A DNA stretch of 64,000 nucleotides from a virus: the IMG/VR virus record IMGVR_UViG_3300024270_000070. One strand, given 5' to 3'. This document shows, one piece after another, positions 10,530 to 21,806 of this stretch. Position 1 is the first letter of the stretch, and each line of letters begins with the position of its first letter. Position numbers and translations under genes: made by a program. The notes under the pieces are model-generated. The model ran no database searches. It worked only from the letters and a program-made list of their open reading frames with translations, and was not told where the DNA came from.

Positions 10530-13500
10530 ATGGCAAAGAAATTTTGGGAAGGCGAAGTAAATATGTTGACCGATTGGGGTGGTGATGCCTCTACGGGTAA
10601 TCTCCCTCTTTCAGGAGAAAGAGTACAATCTTTCATTAAAGAAAGCATTAATTCTAAAGTAGGTTATATTGGTGAGGTAAAGACGACTTCAGGTGGTTTC
10701 TACGTTCTTTGTAGGGATGCTGAAGTTTTTGCTGCTTATCAGGAGACCATTACTGAAGATGCCCCATTTGGAGACCTCACCCTTGATGGTGTTGTGGGTC
10801 GTTTTGACGCTCCTTTTAATTACACGATGAAAATTGAGGTCCTTGAACCCGAAGGCGGTTATAAGTCCGCACTGGCCGGGTCTACAGGAAATGTGATTCG
10901 TTTTAAGGCTGAGACACAGGATAACTCAGGGGCTCCTCAGCAAGAGGGTGTTACAGTTACTTACCGTATCAAGAACGGTAGTGGAGTTGAATCATCACAG
11001 ACAATTATTTACCCTTATAATCAGATTTCGGATGGAGTGACATATAATCTTGATGGAAGAATATCTGCAGGCGAAAATGTTGTAACAATAACAGTTGTCG
11101 GTGAAAATACGGGTATTTCAAGTATGCGCCGTATCACATACAACCTTTTGGATATATATTTTACTGATAGGTTTGATATTACGAAACGTTATGCGTTCGA
11201 TTCGACTGGCGTCCTTTCAATCCCTGTGGGATATGACCTTAAGGGTGTCGGTGAAACCACTGTTTATTATTATTTTGATGGGAATCTTCAAGGTGAATAT
11301 AAGGAAAGTAATGAAAATCCTGTTATCAATAATGCAAACAAGAATTTTGTGTTCACAACACACGATGCTTGGATGAATATCGGCCTTCACACTCTTCAGA
11401 TGTACATGAAGTGCGTTGATACCGAATCAAAGGAAGCATTCTACACCCCAATTTATTATAGGGAATTTATTGTTGAAAACACTCCTACCGAAATTGAAAC
11501 CCCTTATATAACAAGAAAGTTGGATTTCGATTACTCTAAAGGTATTCTCCCTAAGGGTGGGGTTCCTACTTATTATGGGGCAAAACAATTTGAAAACCTT
11601 GCAATAACTTATGCTGCTTATTATAATGGTAAAAGTACTTGTAATGTTAAGACATATATTGAATATCCGGGAATGGATATGATGGAGATTTCTACTGAAG
11701 ACCTCCCACTCGTTCTTGACAGTTTCTCTGCAATCAAGAAACAGGAGTTCAATCTTTTAGAGGAAGGTCCAACGAAACTCTATCTTCGTGCTTATTATGA
11801 TGAGGAATACTTTGAGGCGGAAGCAAATATCGAAATTGATAAGAGTGATATGAATCTTACAACTTCAGATGAAGGCGTTGTTCTTTATCTTAATGCTTTT
11901 GGTCGAAGCAATGACTCAGATGACTTAAGCGTCCTTGCAAAATGGGAGTACCGTTATCTTAATGCATTGGGGCAGGAAGAAGTAATTACCACCGATTTCT
12001 CGACAAACGAATATGTTGTCGTATCTTCTAAGGATAATGATGGGAATATAATTCCACCAACAGGTATTGAAGTTGATAACTGTCTTGAGGTGGACGAACT
12101 TCCTCTTGAAGAGAATGAAGATTATGACTTCTTGATTTTTAATGGGGAGTATTATGCATGGAATCGTGAGTTCGACTGGTCAAATACATCAGGATGGTCA
12201 GATGGTAAACTTAAACTCGCAAATGGTAATGCAATTACAATTAATTACAAACCATTTGATGAGGATAAACTTGCAACAATGAAGTTGCAGGGAGCAACAT
12301 TTGAGTTTGAATTCGAGACAACCAATGTATATAACGATGATGCTGTGATTTGCCGTATTTGTGGTAGTGATAATTTTGCCCCTGGTATTAGTATCTATGC
12401 TGCAGGTGCTGAATTGGCGATTTCTCGTGATATTGTAACAGGGGATGGGGAGAATTCGGGATATGCTAAAATGGTGTCTACTAAATATAAGGCTGAGGAA
12501 AGTAACCGCATATCATTTGTTATTACCCCTGACCTTAATGAGGAAGGATATCGTAATCGCATATTGAGTATTTATGTTAATGGTGAATACTGCGGTGCAT
12601 ACGCTTATGATGCCGGTACAAATTTCTACAATGATTCAAAAATCATGTTCCGAGGAAATAAGGATGCAGGTATTAATATTTATTCGATAAAACTCTACAA
12701 CAGAGCACTTTCAAGTACTGAAATTCTTGATAACTTCATTTATTATAGGAACAGCAGTGCTGAGAAGAGAGCCCTTTATGAGCGAAACAATATAGTTCTT
12801 GAATCTAATAAGGAACAGTTCGATGCTGACAAACTTAAATCATCAATTCCTGTAATGACGTTCTATCAGATTTTTGAAAATGAAAAAATTGAAGACCTTC
12901 ATCAGGAGAAGAAGAATAAAAAGTTAACAAGACACTTCGATGTCCTTTATACCAATATTCAGAACCCAAGTTATAATTTCTTTGTGAAATGTGCTTATAT
13001 TACTCCACAGGGTACTTCTTCAATGAACTATCCGGTGAAGAATTTCCGTCTTTATACAGCAAAGGATGATAGAACGGAACTTTATGTTGGTTCAAACATT
13101 TTCTTGGATGGTAACCCAGGAAATCGTGATGCAAGTAATCTTAATCCTGAAGCGCTTGTTGCAAAGGGTAAATACGCATTTAAAGAGGGTTCTATACCTG
13201 TTAAGTGTTGGTGCCTTAAAGCCGATTTTGCTGAGTCATCGTCATCACATAATACAGGTACTGCACGTTATTGGAACGGTGTGTTGAAAAATGGTGGATA
13301 CAAGACCAAAGCACAGGCAAAGGCTGAAAAATATGCTGAAGAATATCCATATGATGTCCGTACATGTATCGATGGTTTCCCAATTGTTCTTTTCTACGAA
13401 AGATTGGGTGGTGCTGCGCCGGAATTCCAAGGGAAATATAATTTCAATAACGATAAATCAACTGAAGATGTCTTCGGTTTTACCGGCGGTATTGAAATTG

Positions 13501-16500
13501 ACGACCAAGAGGTTCAATATTTTTACATTGGTAATGAAAAGCCTATAATACATGGTGAAGAGGATGATAAAACAGGTGAGATAGAATACGCTTGTTCTTG
13601 GTCAGAGGGTGGTTACACTTCAACCCCTGACGTTGATTCGGACCTTTATACATCGAAATATCTTGAGGACGGTTCACAGGAATGGTATATGCTCCGTGGT
13701 AAAGAACTTCTTGATAACCCTAAGATGGAATGTTGGGAACTTCTTAACTCGGTTAATGAGCTTGCACTCTTTAAGACTGCCAAGGGATTCATGGTTGGTG
13801 ACGATGATGAAAAGGTTGGTATTCTCGTAAACGGTTCATTTGACGGTGCTTTCGAGTCTCGTTTCCCTGACTGTGGTGATTATTTCCACACAAACTCTTT
13901 GAGGAGATTTGCTGAATGGCTTGTTTCTTGTCGTTATTTGAATATCGACAATGAGACAGGTATGGCTGTGCCGTTCTCACAGGCAGCACTGCCAACAGAA
14001 AATTACTATCGTGACGCTGATGGAAAACTGATTATCCAAAGTCTTACTAAACAAACAGGGACATTTAAGATTAGTTATCCTAATTATAATTTCTATACTG
14101 AGGTCCCATATGAATCAATTTCATCGCAAATCACTAAAGATGGTTATGCATTGACAGAAATTGCTGATGATGTTATTGACAGTATTGAATACAATGAAGT
14201 TGATGTTATTCCTACTGAAAAAGATAGTGAATATGAATATATTAAATGTGGCGACTATTTCTATACATGGCAGTTAAGTAATCTTCTCCGTGTTGATGTA
14301 CTCCCTGAAGTAGAACAAGGAAATTATGATTTTGTTTGTGTCGGTGGAGACAAATATTATGTATGGAAAAACGAATTTGACTTTGCTCCATATTATGAGG
14401 CGCAACGTGTTGATGACACTCCTTTCAACAGAGCATTAAAATTTGCTGTGGAGAAATATGACCATATTGAAATGGATAAGATGGCTGCTTATTATATCTA
14501 TCTTATGCGTTTTGGTGGTGTTGACCAAACCGTGAAGAATAGTATGTTGACAACTGAAGGACCTAATACAAGTGACCCTAATTCAACATTGCCTTCTCTT
14601 TGGTTTTTCATCAACTATGACAACGATACAATTCTCGGTGTGAAGAATGATGGTCGTCTTGTTTTCGACCCTTACATTACTCGTGAGACTAAGGATGGTA
14701 CTGGTTATGTATATGCGGGCCGTGAGTCTACACTTTGGAACAACCTTGAGGCTGATGTTGAGTTCATGGAACATGTGACTGAGGTTGACAACAAACTTAC
14801 TGATTCAACTTCAAACCCTCTTTATAGCCTTTCATACGCAAATGCATTGAGAGAATATGACACAAATCAATCTGATATGTGGTGTGAGCGCATTTATAAT
14901 AAAGATGCTGAAACTAAATATATTAAGACTTATGTAGAGGGATGGACACAGAAGGTCGATAAAGAGGGCACCGCAACTCACGTTTATGAGGATTATCTCT
15001 ATGACGTGCAGGGTTCTCGTTCGGCTCATAGAAAATGGTGGCTTGGACGCCGTTTCAACGTGTTTGACAGTCGTTTTGCTAATGCTAACTTTAGGGCATC
15101 ACTTATTAAGTTCCGTTCAACAAACCTCCCTGCAGGCTCTGAGTTTACCATTAAATCAGGTGAACCTGTTTATTATGCATGGGGCCATGATAATGTTATT
15201 ACGGAGATGACTCCTACTGCACTTATTGCAGGTACAAATCATACTTTCAGAACTGCGTCAGCATTCAATATCGGTTCATATCTTGAACTAATGGGTGCTG
15301 CGAATATTTCTACATTTGACCTTCGTGGCTGCGTTGGTGCGTTGACTGAAATTGACGTTACCGGTTGCTATTCTCCTTCAGTCGGTACCAAAATGAAAGA
15401 AATTCTTGTTGGTGACCATACACGAACTGATTTAGTGAACAACGGTACTGCAATGAAATTCAGTGGACTTGATGTTGCTGAGAAACTTGAGGTTCTTGAC
15501 GTAACTAACATCAGGAATATTGATAAACTTGATGGACTTAACAAACTTCTTAATATCCGCAACGTATTTGCAAAAGGTACTTCGATTGCCAATTTTACAT
15601 TTGCGGATGGTTGCCTTGTGCAATATGTAGAACTACCGTCAACAACTGAAACACTTTCATTGACTAGGTCATCAATGATTTATTATGATGGTATTGTATC
15701 AGAAGACCCGACATTTGCGAGATTGAATAACCTTACAATTGACAATTGTAGGAACCTTATGAATGATTTCAACTTTGTATTGAATTGGGTTGCTGTTAAG
15801 AGCAATAGGAATGAACTTAACAAAGTTAATCTTAATCTGCAGGGTATCAATTGGGTATTCGATAGAACCAACTATAACAAACTGTTCTCTTTGGCGGGAA
15901 TTGGTAAGTCGCAGTTATCATCATTGAACGTTCGTGGTAATATTGAGATTAAGTCAGACCTTACCTTCAATGACATTGCGCAACTTAAGTCGATTTTTGG
16001 AGTAGATTGTTTCAAGGAAGGTTCTGCAGTGTATATTAAGGCATATACAGGTGTTTATGCGACAGAGGTTCCGTACATTTATGAAGGTGATGGCGATATC
16101 CGTATTGACGTAACAACAGTAGGTACACAACTTGGTGGTGAGATATCTGTTTATGCAACAGTCAACGAAATTGAGGAGGATGGTACTTCAGTAAACAAAA
16201 TTATTGAGGCTACTGAAGGTATTATTACAATGAATACTGATAATCTTAAGAGGGATTATTTCACCATTAAAGTATTGGAGAGCAACAACAATTATACATA
16301 TTTGAATCTTTCAATAGAATATGAGGATGAGAAAAATGAAATACCACTCCAACTTTCTATCCCAATTAAGAAACGTATCTACCCTTCAGAACTGTCAATT
16401 ATGTCATTAAAGGATTTGTATGATGATGACGATAAGAATAAACTTTGGATTGATTTCATCCCTTCATCAGTTAATGATGAAGAACTCGAAGGCCGTGGTA

Positions 16501-19439
16501 TATTCTCTGTAAAATGGGAGATTATAGGCGGTTCAAGTGGATATGCAAATAAGGTTTCTCTTACTGACACTGATAAGGAGATGGCATACATTCAGGCCCC
16601 TGCGGGTTTTGATGGCGTCGTTATGGTTCAGTGTACAGTAACAAGGGATTATGATGGTTTAGAACTTTGTGTCAACACTAAAGAAATTGGGTTTAAGGAC
16701 CCTAATACAATTATCACTGAAGCAATGAACGCCCCTGTTTATAACATTCTTGTTGATGCGGGAATTATTGTGGAAGATGAGACTGGTTATGGTAAACTTA
16801 ATAAGATGGAGGCTGCTAATGTTACCATTGAACAACTCCTTAAAACGGATTATAGCGGTAAGAAGACTTCTATCTTTGCTAATCACCCTGAAATTACATC
16901 ATTCCTTGAATTCCAATATTTTACAAGTTCTCTTATCGGACAAATGCCACAGGAGGGTAATGTAAATCAGGTACTTATTCCTGAAGGTTTCTTTGCAGGG
17001 TGTAGTGGAATGAGAGAAGTGGCATTCCCACCAAGTTTCTTCTATGCAAATGCAAAGATGTTCTCAGGTTGTACAGCCCTCGAAAGTATTTATGGAGCAC
17101 AGAGTGGGTATGATGAGGAAAAGAACCCTACTTATAAACCGCTGTCATTTAAATATATAGGAGCCCAACTTTGTGAAGGTTGTACTCAGTTGAAGAAATT
17201 TGAACTTGGTAATAACTGTGAATATATTGGAAAGCATGCTTTCAGGGGTTGCGAATTATTGACTGACTTTGCGGTTCCATCAATTGATACTCTCGAAATT
17301 GTTTATGGTGTTGATAATAACCCATTCCAGGGATGTCGTAACATCAATTTCCTTGGTTCAGAGTATGACGGAGTTTCAAAGGCAAGTAAATGTCAGGTTT
17401 ATGATGGTGCCCTCTATGAGGTGAATGATGATTCAATAACTCTTATCCGTTTGGGTAAAGATACAGCGTCAGCCAATATCATTAACACAGTTCCTGTATA
17501 TGCGTGTGGCTATTCAATGCAATATAGAAGAGAAGCCAATGTTGTTATACCTGAAAATGTTATCCTTAATGGACAGTACATATTTGAAGGGTCAGAAGGA
17601 CAAAGCATAAAGTTGAATTGTTTAACAAATAATAAATCAACAAATTTATTCACCAACACAAATTATGGGAATAACTATGCCTTTGCAAGCAATGAAACGT
17701 TAATACCTGATAAGTGTTTCTATCAAAATGGTTATCCTATTAATTGTATTATACCTGAAGGAATAAAAACAATTGGAAGTTCGACTTTCTATTCCGTAAG
17801 TAATTTGAAAACCATTACATTCCCTTCAACATTGGAGTCAATTGGAGGAAATTCTTTCTGGTTGTCAAATCAGTTAAAAACATTAAAGTTCAATGGTTTA
17901 ACCCCACCTACTACAGTAAATGGAGATTTCTTCAATGTGACGTTGGATGAAATTATAGTTAAACCGGAGGCTTATGAAGCATTCTCGACAGGTTTTGTTT
18001 CGAATGATAATGGTAAAGAGATTAATCTTCTCTCACCACTCGTTAGAATATCCCATCTTTTCAGTGAAGGATACGTACGCATTATTAAGGATGGCGCAAT
18101 TCTTTCGGCAGATGAAAACAATATAATTATGGTTGGCGGTCTTGAAACTACTCAGGAAAGTGATTACCATAAGTATACAACTGACGATATCATTACTGAT
18201 TTGAATATTACTTTGAACGGAGAAGTGGTTGGTATTGTTGAGGGTCAATACACTACGATTTATCTTGGCGATAATTCAATGCTTTTCTCGGGTGAGGGAT
18301 ATAACTTCACTAAAGGTGTTTATGATGACTCGGTTAAGGCTCTGATGGCAACTAACGGATGGTTCTATGATAAACGTTTTGAGGGTATTAGAAATGGTAA
18401 ACTTGAAGGTGGAACTTCTAGTTCTCCAGTACATACTTCTATGGAGTTCGACCTTTCAATGCTTTCAGATACATCATCGGTTAACGTGGAAATGGGACAG
18501 TGGTCACAGTCTGATTATCGTTGGGCGGTCATAACCAATGGTAATGGTGATGAAATTATGAATTTCAAGAGAGACAATGGTTTCAATAAAAAATTGAACA
18601 TTGCATTAAACGATGATTCAATTATATTTAAATATAGGGGCGAAAACTCTATTGGTACAGGTATTGATGGTTTGGTTGTTAACACAATTGGTAATAAGAT
18701 ATATAGTGACCCTATGATGTCGGCAATGTTACTTTCTAATGATACCACAAATTATGTGCGACCTATTGCAATAACATTGGTATGTGACCAAGATATTCCA
18801 TATGGAACTGTTATTGAACTTGTTGATAACAAGGGGCATGAATACCGTCGAATATATTCGGGCGAAACCATGTATTTTACGCTCCCAATGAATAATTTCA
18901 ATGTAAAGGCTAATGGTTTCGTAACTGAGGGCGGTAAAAAGTTTAATACTGTTATTGATACAATTCCTGCATCATTTGAAGGCGATTTTGAAATTGTCTA
19001 TGAAACTGAAATAGGTGTTGAAACAGTGGGTAGTGTCATTTGTGTGAAACTTTCCGATACTGATTATTACATCGATACTGTAAGCGGGGCAATGCCATGG
19101 GGTTCTAAGGGGATTGCAATTGAAGGAACTGATGTTGATGATGTCATGATGTCGTCAGCAAATGGCTTTAAAAATACTAATGCAGTTCTCGCTGCTGACC
19201 CTGAGAATGAAATGTTTGCAATTGCAGTAAACAATAATTTCGGCGATAAGACAATAAAAGGTTATATCCCTTCATATGAGGAAATGCTTGTTGTTGCCGA
19301 AAATACGGATATTGATTTTACCGGATGTTGGACTTCTGAAACTCAGGGAACTGAAACAGCATGGTGTTTTGATGGAAATGCTTATGATAGAGGGGCTACC
19401 ATGAAATATTATATTTTTGGTAAAAAGATTGTTTTTTAA
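10530..19439 (+). CDS. giant (2969 aa) virion/adhesin-like protein with LamG-like domain and BspA-type leucine-rich repeats
   Basis: LamG-like block ~aa 590-740 (ICRICGSDNFAPGISIYAAGAEL...ILSIYVNGEYCGAYAYD...IYSIKLYNRALSSTEILDNF); BspA-like LRR block ~aa 2130-2450, nt ~16920-17880 (IPEGFFAGCSGMREVAFPPSFF..MFSGCTALESIYG..GAQLCEGCTQLKKFELGNNCEYIGKHAFRGCELLTDFAVPSI..). Confidence 0.6.
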   Translation: MAKKFWEGEVNMLTDWGGDASTGNLPLSGERVQSFIKESINSKVGYIGEVKTTSGGFYVLCRDAEVFAAYQETITEDAPFGDLTLDGVVGRFDAPFNYTMKIEVLEPEGGYKSALAGSTGNVIRFKAETQDNSGAPQQEGVTVTYRIKNGSGVESSQTIIYPYNQISDGVTYNLDGRISAGENVVTITVVGENTGISSMRRITYNLLDIYFTDRFDITKRYAFDSTGVLSIPVGYDLKGVGETTVYYYFDGNLQGEYKESNENPVINNANKNFVFTTHDAWMNIGLHTLQMYMKCVDTESKEAFYTPIYYREFIVENTPTEIETPYITRKLDFDYSKGILPKGGVPTYYGAKQFENLAITYAAYYNGKSTCNVKTYIEYPGMDMMEISTEDLPLVLDSFSAIKKQEFNLLEEGPTKLYLRAYYDEEYFEAEANIEIDKSDMNLTTSDEGVVLYLNAFGRSNDSDDLSVLAKWEYRYLNALGQEEVITTDFSTNEYVVVSSKDNDGNIIPPTGIEVDNCLEVDELPLEENEDYDFLIFNGEYYAWNREFDWSNTSGWSDGKLKLANGNAITINYKPFDEDKLATMKLQGATFEFEFETTNVYNDDAVICRICGSDNFAPGISIYAAGAELAISRDIVTGDGENSGYAKMVSTKYKAEESNRISFVITPDLNEEGYRNRILSIYVNGEYCGAYAYDAGTNFYNDSKIMFRGNKDAGINIYSIKLYNRALSSTEILDNFIYYRNSSAEKRALYERNNIVLESNKEQFDADKLKSSIPVMTFYQIFENEKIEDLHQEKKNKKLTRHFDVLYTNIQNPSYNFFVKCAYITPQGTSSMNYPVKNFRLYTAKDDRTELYVGSNIFLDGNPGNRDASNLNPEALVAKGKYAFKEGSIPVKCWCLKADFAESSSSHNTGTARYWNGVLKNGGYKTKAQAKAEKYAEEYPYDVRTCIDGFPIVLFYERLGGAAPEFQGKYNFNNDKSTEDVFGFTGGIEIDDQEVQYFYIGNEKPIIHGEEDDKTGEIEYACSWSEGGYTSTPDVDSDLYTSKYLEDGSQEWYMLRGKELLDNPKMECWELLNSVNELALFKTAKGFMVGDDDEKVGILVNGSFDGAFESRFPDCGDYFHTNSLRRFAEWLVSCRYLNIDNETGMAVPFSQAALPTENYYRDADGKLIIQSLTKQTGTFKISYPNYNFYTEVPYESISSQITKDGYALTEIADDVIDSIEYNEVDVIPTEKDSEYEYIKCGDYFYTWQLSNLLRVDVLPEVEQGNYDFVCVGGDKYYVWKNEFDFAPYYEAQRVDDTPFNRALKFAVEKYDHIEMDKMAAYYIYLMRFGGVDQTVKNSMLTTEGPNTSDPNSTLPSLWFFINYDNDTILGVKNDGRLVFDPYITRETKDGTGYVYAGRESTLWNNLEADVEFMEHVTEVDNKLTDSTSNPLYSLSYANALREYDTNQSDMWCERIYNKDAETKYIKTYVEGWTQKVDKEGTATHVYEDYLYDVQGSRSAHRKWWLGRRFNVFDSRFANANFRASLIKFRSTNLPAGSEFTIKSGEPVYYAWGHDNVITEMTPTALIAGTNHTFRTASAFNIGSYLELMGAANISTFDLRGCVGALTEIDVTGCYSPSVGTKMKEILVGDHTRTDLVNNGTAMKFSGLDVAEKLEVLDVTNIRNIDKLDGLNKLLNIRNVFAKGTSIANFTFADGCLVQYVELPSTTETLSLTRSSMIYYDGIVSEDPTFARLNNLTIDNCRNLMNDFNFVLNWVAVKSNRNELNKVNLNLQGINWVFDRTNYNKLFSLAGIGKSQLSSLNVRGNIEIKSDLTFNDIAQLKSIFGVDCFKEGSAVYIKAYTGVYATEVPYIYEGDGDIRIDVTTVGTQLGGEISVYATVNEIEEDGTSVNKIIEATEGIITMNTDNLKRDYFTIKVLESNNNYTYLNLSIEYEDEKNEIPLQLSIPIKKRIYPSELSIMSLKDLYDDDDKNKLWIDFIPSSVNDEELEGRGIFSVKWEIIGGSSGYANKVSLTDTDKEMAYIQAPAGFDGVVMVQCTVTRDYDGLELCVNTKEIGFKDPNTIITEAMNAPVYNILVDAGIIVEDETGYGKLNKMEAANVTIEQLLKTDYSGKKTSIFANHPEITSFLEFQYFTSSLIGQMPQEGNVNQVLIPEGFFAGCSGMREVAFPPSFFYANAKMFSGCTALESIYGAQSGYDEEKNPTYKPLSFKYIGAQLCEGCTQLKKFELGNNCEYIGKHAFRGCELLTDFAVPSIDTLEIVYGVDNNPFQGCRNINFLGSEYDGVSKASKCQVYDGALYEVNDDSITLIRLGKDTASANIINTVPVYACGYSMQYRREANVVIPENVILNGQYIFEGSEGQSIKLNCLTNNKSTNLFTNTNYGNNYAFASNETLIPDKCFYQNGYPINCIIPEGIKTIGSSTFYSVSNLKTITFPSTLESIGGNSFWLSNQLKTLKFNGLTPPTTVNGDFFNVTLDEIIVKPEAYEAFSTGFVSNDNGKEINLLSPLVRISHLFSEGYVRIIKDGAILSADENNIIMVGGLETTQESDYHKYTTDDIITDLNITLNGEVVGIVEGQYTTIYLGDNSMLFSGEGYNFTKGVYDDSVKALMATNGWFYDKRFEGIRNGKLEGGTSSSPVHTSMEFDLSMLSDTSSVNVEMGQWSQSDYRWAVITNGNGDEIMNFKRDNGFNKKLNIALNDDSIIFKYRGENSIGTGIDGLVVNTIGNKIYSDPMMSAMLLSNDTTNYVRPIAITLVCDQDIPYGTVIELVDNKGHEYRRIYSGETMYFTLPMNNFNVKANGFVTEGGKKFNTVIDTIPASFEGDFEIVYETEIGVETVGSVICVKLSDTDYYIDTVSGAMPWGSKGIAIEGTDVDDVMMSSANGFKNTNAVLAADPENEMFAIAVNNNFGDKTIKGYIPSYEEMLVVAENTDIDFTGCWTSETQGTETAWCFDGNAYDRGATMKYYIFGKKIVF

Positions 19440-19448
19440 TAAAAAAAT

Positions 19449-19477
19449 GAAACCGGATTGTAAAATATCCGGTTTCT
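19449..19477 (+). terminator. hairpin after giant gene (weak U-tract)
   Basis: GAAACCGGAT-loop-ATCCGGTTTC 10-bp stem directly after stop of 10530..19439; downstream T content modest. Confidence 0.45.
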
Positions 19478-19497
19478 AATAACTATTTATTGTTGAT

Positions 19498-19989
19498 ATG
19501 AAAATTAAGAACAGAAAGAACGAATACAAGCCAATTAAAGTTGTTGGTAAAAACAAGTATATCGTAGCATGGGATTATCAGCCAATTTTCAAGAACGGTA
19601 AGGAAACTAATCTTGGGATTTGGGAAGAATTCTGTTTTAATCATAAACCAAGCGAATCTGAAATCAAGGATATTATCATCTCTTATTACAATACCAAGGT
19701 TGAAGAAAATATATTAGATGGTTATCAATGGAAAGGATATAATATATGGCTTTCTTCTGAAAATCAGTTTAATTATAAGGCAGCATATGACCTTGCAGTG
19801 CAGACTAATGGTGCAACACTCCCTTTAAAGTTTAAGTTCGGTGAAACAACTTCTCCTGAATATCATGTTTTTGAAGACCTGAATGAACTTCAGGAATTTT
19901 ATATGGGGGCAATCGCTCATATCCAAACGGTATTGAATGAAGGTTGGGTAGTTAAGGATTCTATTGATTGGAAATTATATGAAATATAA
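19498..19989 (+). CDS. hypothetical protein
   Basis: ORF track; ATG start; no motif. Confidence 0.4.
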   Translation: MKIKNRKNEYKPIKVVGKNKYIVAWDYQPIFKNGKETNLGIWEEFCFNHKPSESEIKDIIISYYNTKVEENILDGYQWKGYNIWLSSENQFNYKAAYDLAVQTNGATLPLKFKFGETTSPEYHVFEDLNELQEFYMGAIAHIQTVLNEGWVVKDSIDWKLYEI

Positions 19990-20008
19990 AATTAAATAAC
20001 ATATATAT

Positions 20009-21703
20009 ATGGCAAGACAAACATTAATACATTTACACGGTACGACTCGACTCGCCGATGCTACAAAACTTAATCTTGGTGAGATTGCGGTACGTAATGC
20101 TGCAACAAAGGCTGATACTGAGTTGGCTGTATTGACAAGCGCAGGTGATGCTCTTGTATACATACCTTCACTTGATAAGGTAACGGGTTTAACAAGTGCA
20201 ATTTCAAATAACGTAAATGGAATTGATACTCGTTTAAGTGCTGCAGAGGGTAAAGTTACTGCTCTCGAAACTTTCAGAGATAGCAGCGCAGCAACAAAGG
20301 CTGATATTGCCGCTCTTAGTGGAAGTACTTCAGGAAACAGTACTCATGTGACAGTTAAGGTTGACCAGGCTGGTGGTAAAATCACAGGTGTTACAGTAAC
20401 TGAGGATATGAGTGAGTTCGCTAAGGGTGCTGATTTAACCGCTCTCGGAACTCGCGTTGGGGACAATGAGGCTGATATCGCAGAACTTCAGGCTGCTGTA
20501 GGTGTTGGTGCAGGTTCTGGCGAAACCCTTACAAGTCGTGTATCTGACCTCGAAGCACTTGTGGGTGACAGTACTGATGGTCTCGTAAAGGACGTTGCTG
20601 ATAATACTGCCGCAATTAGTGCAAATACTGCAGCAATTAGTGCAAATACTGCTAATATTGCAGGACACGGCACAAAGATTGAAGCACTTGAATCATCTGC
20701 ACATACCCATGATAATAAGGGTGTTATTGATGGTATTACATCAGCAAAGGTTAACGCATGGGATAATGCTGAGAGTAACGCAATTGCGAGTGCTAAAACT
20801 TATGTTGATTCTGCAATAACTGCAACTACAACAGCCCTTAATGGCCAAATTAGCGCTGTTGATAAGAAAGCCGATGACAATGCGGATGCAATTGATGCTC
20901 TTGAGGAACTTGTAGGCGACACTGCAGTTGCAACTCAGATTAGCAACGCAATAGGGGGACTTGATGCATCTGAAACAGGTTCAAGTGCTCATGTAACAGT
21001 TAAAGTTGACCAGCTTGATGGCGTTATCACAGGTGTTACAGTAACTGAGGATATGAGTGAGTTCGCTACTTCAGATGACCTTTCAGCCCTTCAGACAAAA
21101 GTTAATACACTCGTAGGTGACGATGAAGATATGTCTGCTCGTGAAATTGCCGCTGCAGAGGTTGCGAAGGTTATTGCTGAGGCACCAGAAGATTTTGATA
21201 CATTGCAAGAAATCGCTGCTTGGATTTCCAGTGATGAAACTTCATCAGCGCAGATGGTTAGTGATATCGACAATCTTAAGAAAGTAACATCAGGATATAC
21301 TACACAGGGTTCAATTCAGGCTGCAATAACCGCTGCTCAGACAAAGGCTGATAATAATGCAACAGCAATTACAGGTCTTCAGGGGCTCGTAGGCGAGACT
21401 CCAGTTGCAACTCAGATTAGCGACGCAATAGGAGCACTTGATGCTACAGCAGGTACTGCTACTGTTGCAAGTGGTAAGCACGTTGCTGTTGAGGTTATTG
21501 AGCAAGATGGTAAGGTTACAGCTGTAAATGTTGCTGAAAATGATATTGCATCGGCTGATGCTCTTGTAGGTGTTAAATCAACCGCAGATACAGCCGTTCA
21601 GAGTGTTACAGTATCTAATCTTACAGGTGTAAGTGCCGTTAAGACAGGTACTGCAGTAGCGATTGATTTTTCTAACATGACAATTGACTGTGGCGAATAT
21701 TAA
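20009..21703 (+). CDS. tail fibre protein with internal repeats
   Basis: tandem TAAISAN x2; duplicated ~40-aa module HVTVKVDQ..GVITGVTVTEDMSEFA at two places; A/T/S-rich fibre composition. Confidence 0.5.
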   Translation: MARQTLIHLHGTTRLADATKLNLGEIAVRNAATKADTELAVLTSAGDALVYIPSLDKVTGLTSAISNNVNGIDTRLSAAEGKVTALETFRDSSAATKADIAALSGSTSGNSTHVTVKVDQAGGKITGVTVTEDMSEFAKGADLTALGTRVGDNEADIAELQAAVGVGAGSGETLTSRVSDLEALVGDSTDGLVKDVADNTAAISANTAAISANTANIAGHGTKIEALESSAHTHDNKGVIDGITSAKVNAWDNAESNAIASAKTYVDSAITATTTALNGQISAVDKKADDNADAIDALEELVGDTAVATQISNAIGGLDASETGSSAHVTVKVDQLDGVITGVTVTEDMSEFATSDDLSALQTKVNTLVGDDEDMSAREIAAAEVAKVIAEAPEDFDTLQEIAAWISSDETSSAQMVSDIDNLKKVTSGYTTQGSIQAAITAAQTKADNNATAITGLQGLVGETPVATQISDAIGALDATAGTATVASGKHVAVEVIEQDGKVTAVNVAENDIASADALVGVKSTADTAVQSVTVSNLTGVSAVKTGTAVAIDFSNMTIDCGEY

Positions 21704-21730
21704 TAGGCCTAATAGTTTATGTTAAAATAT

Positions 21731-21761
21731 ATGGGGGACCAATGGTCCCCCATTGTTTTTT
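21731..21761 (+). terminator. intrinsic terminator
   Basis: ATGGGGGACC-aat-GGTCCCCCAT followed by TGTTTTTT. Confidence 0.75.
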
Positions 21762-21806
21762 ACATGTATTTTAACTATTTATAGATAATTAAAAAGGTTA
21801 TAATCA

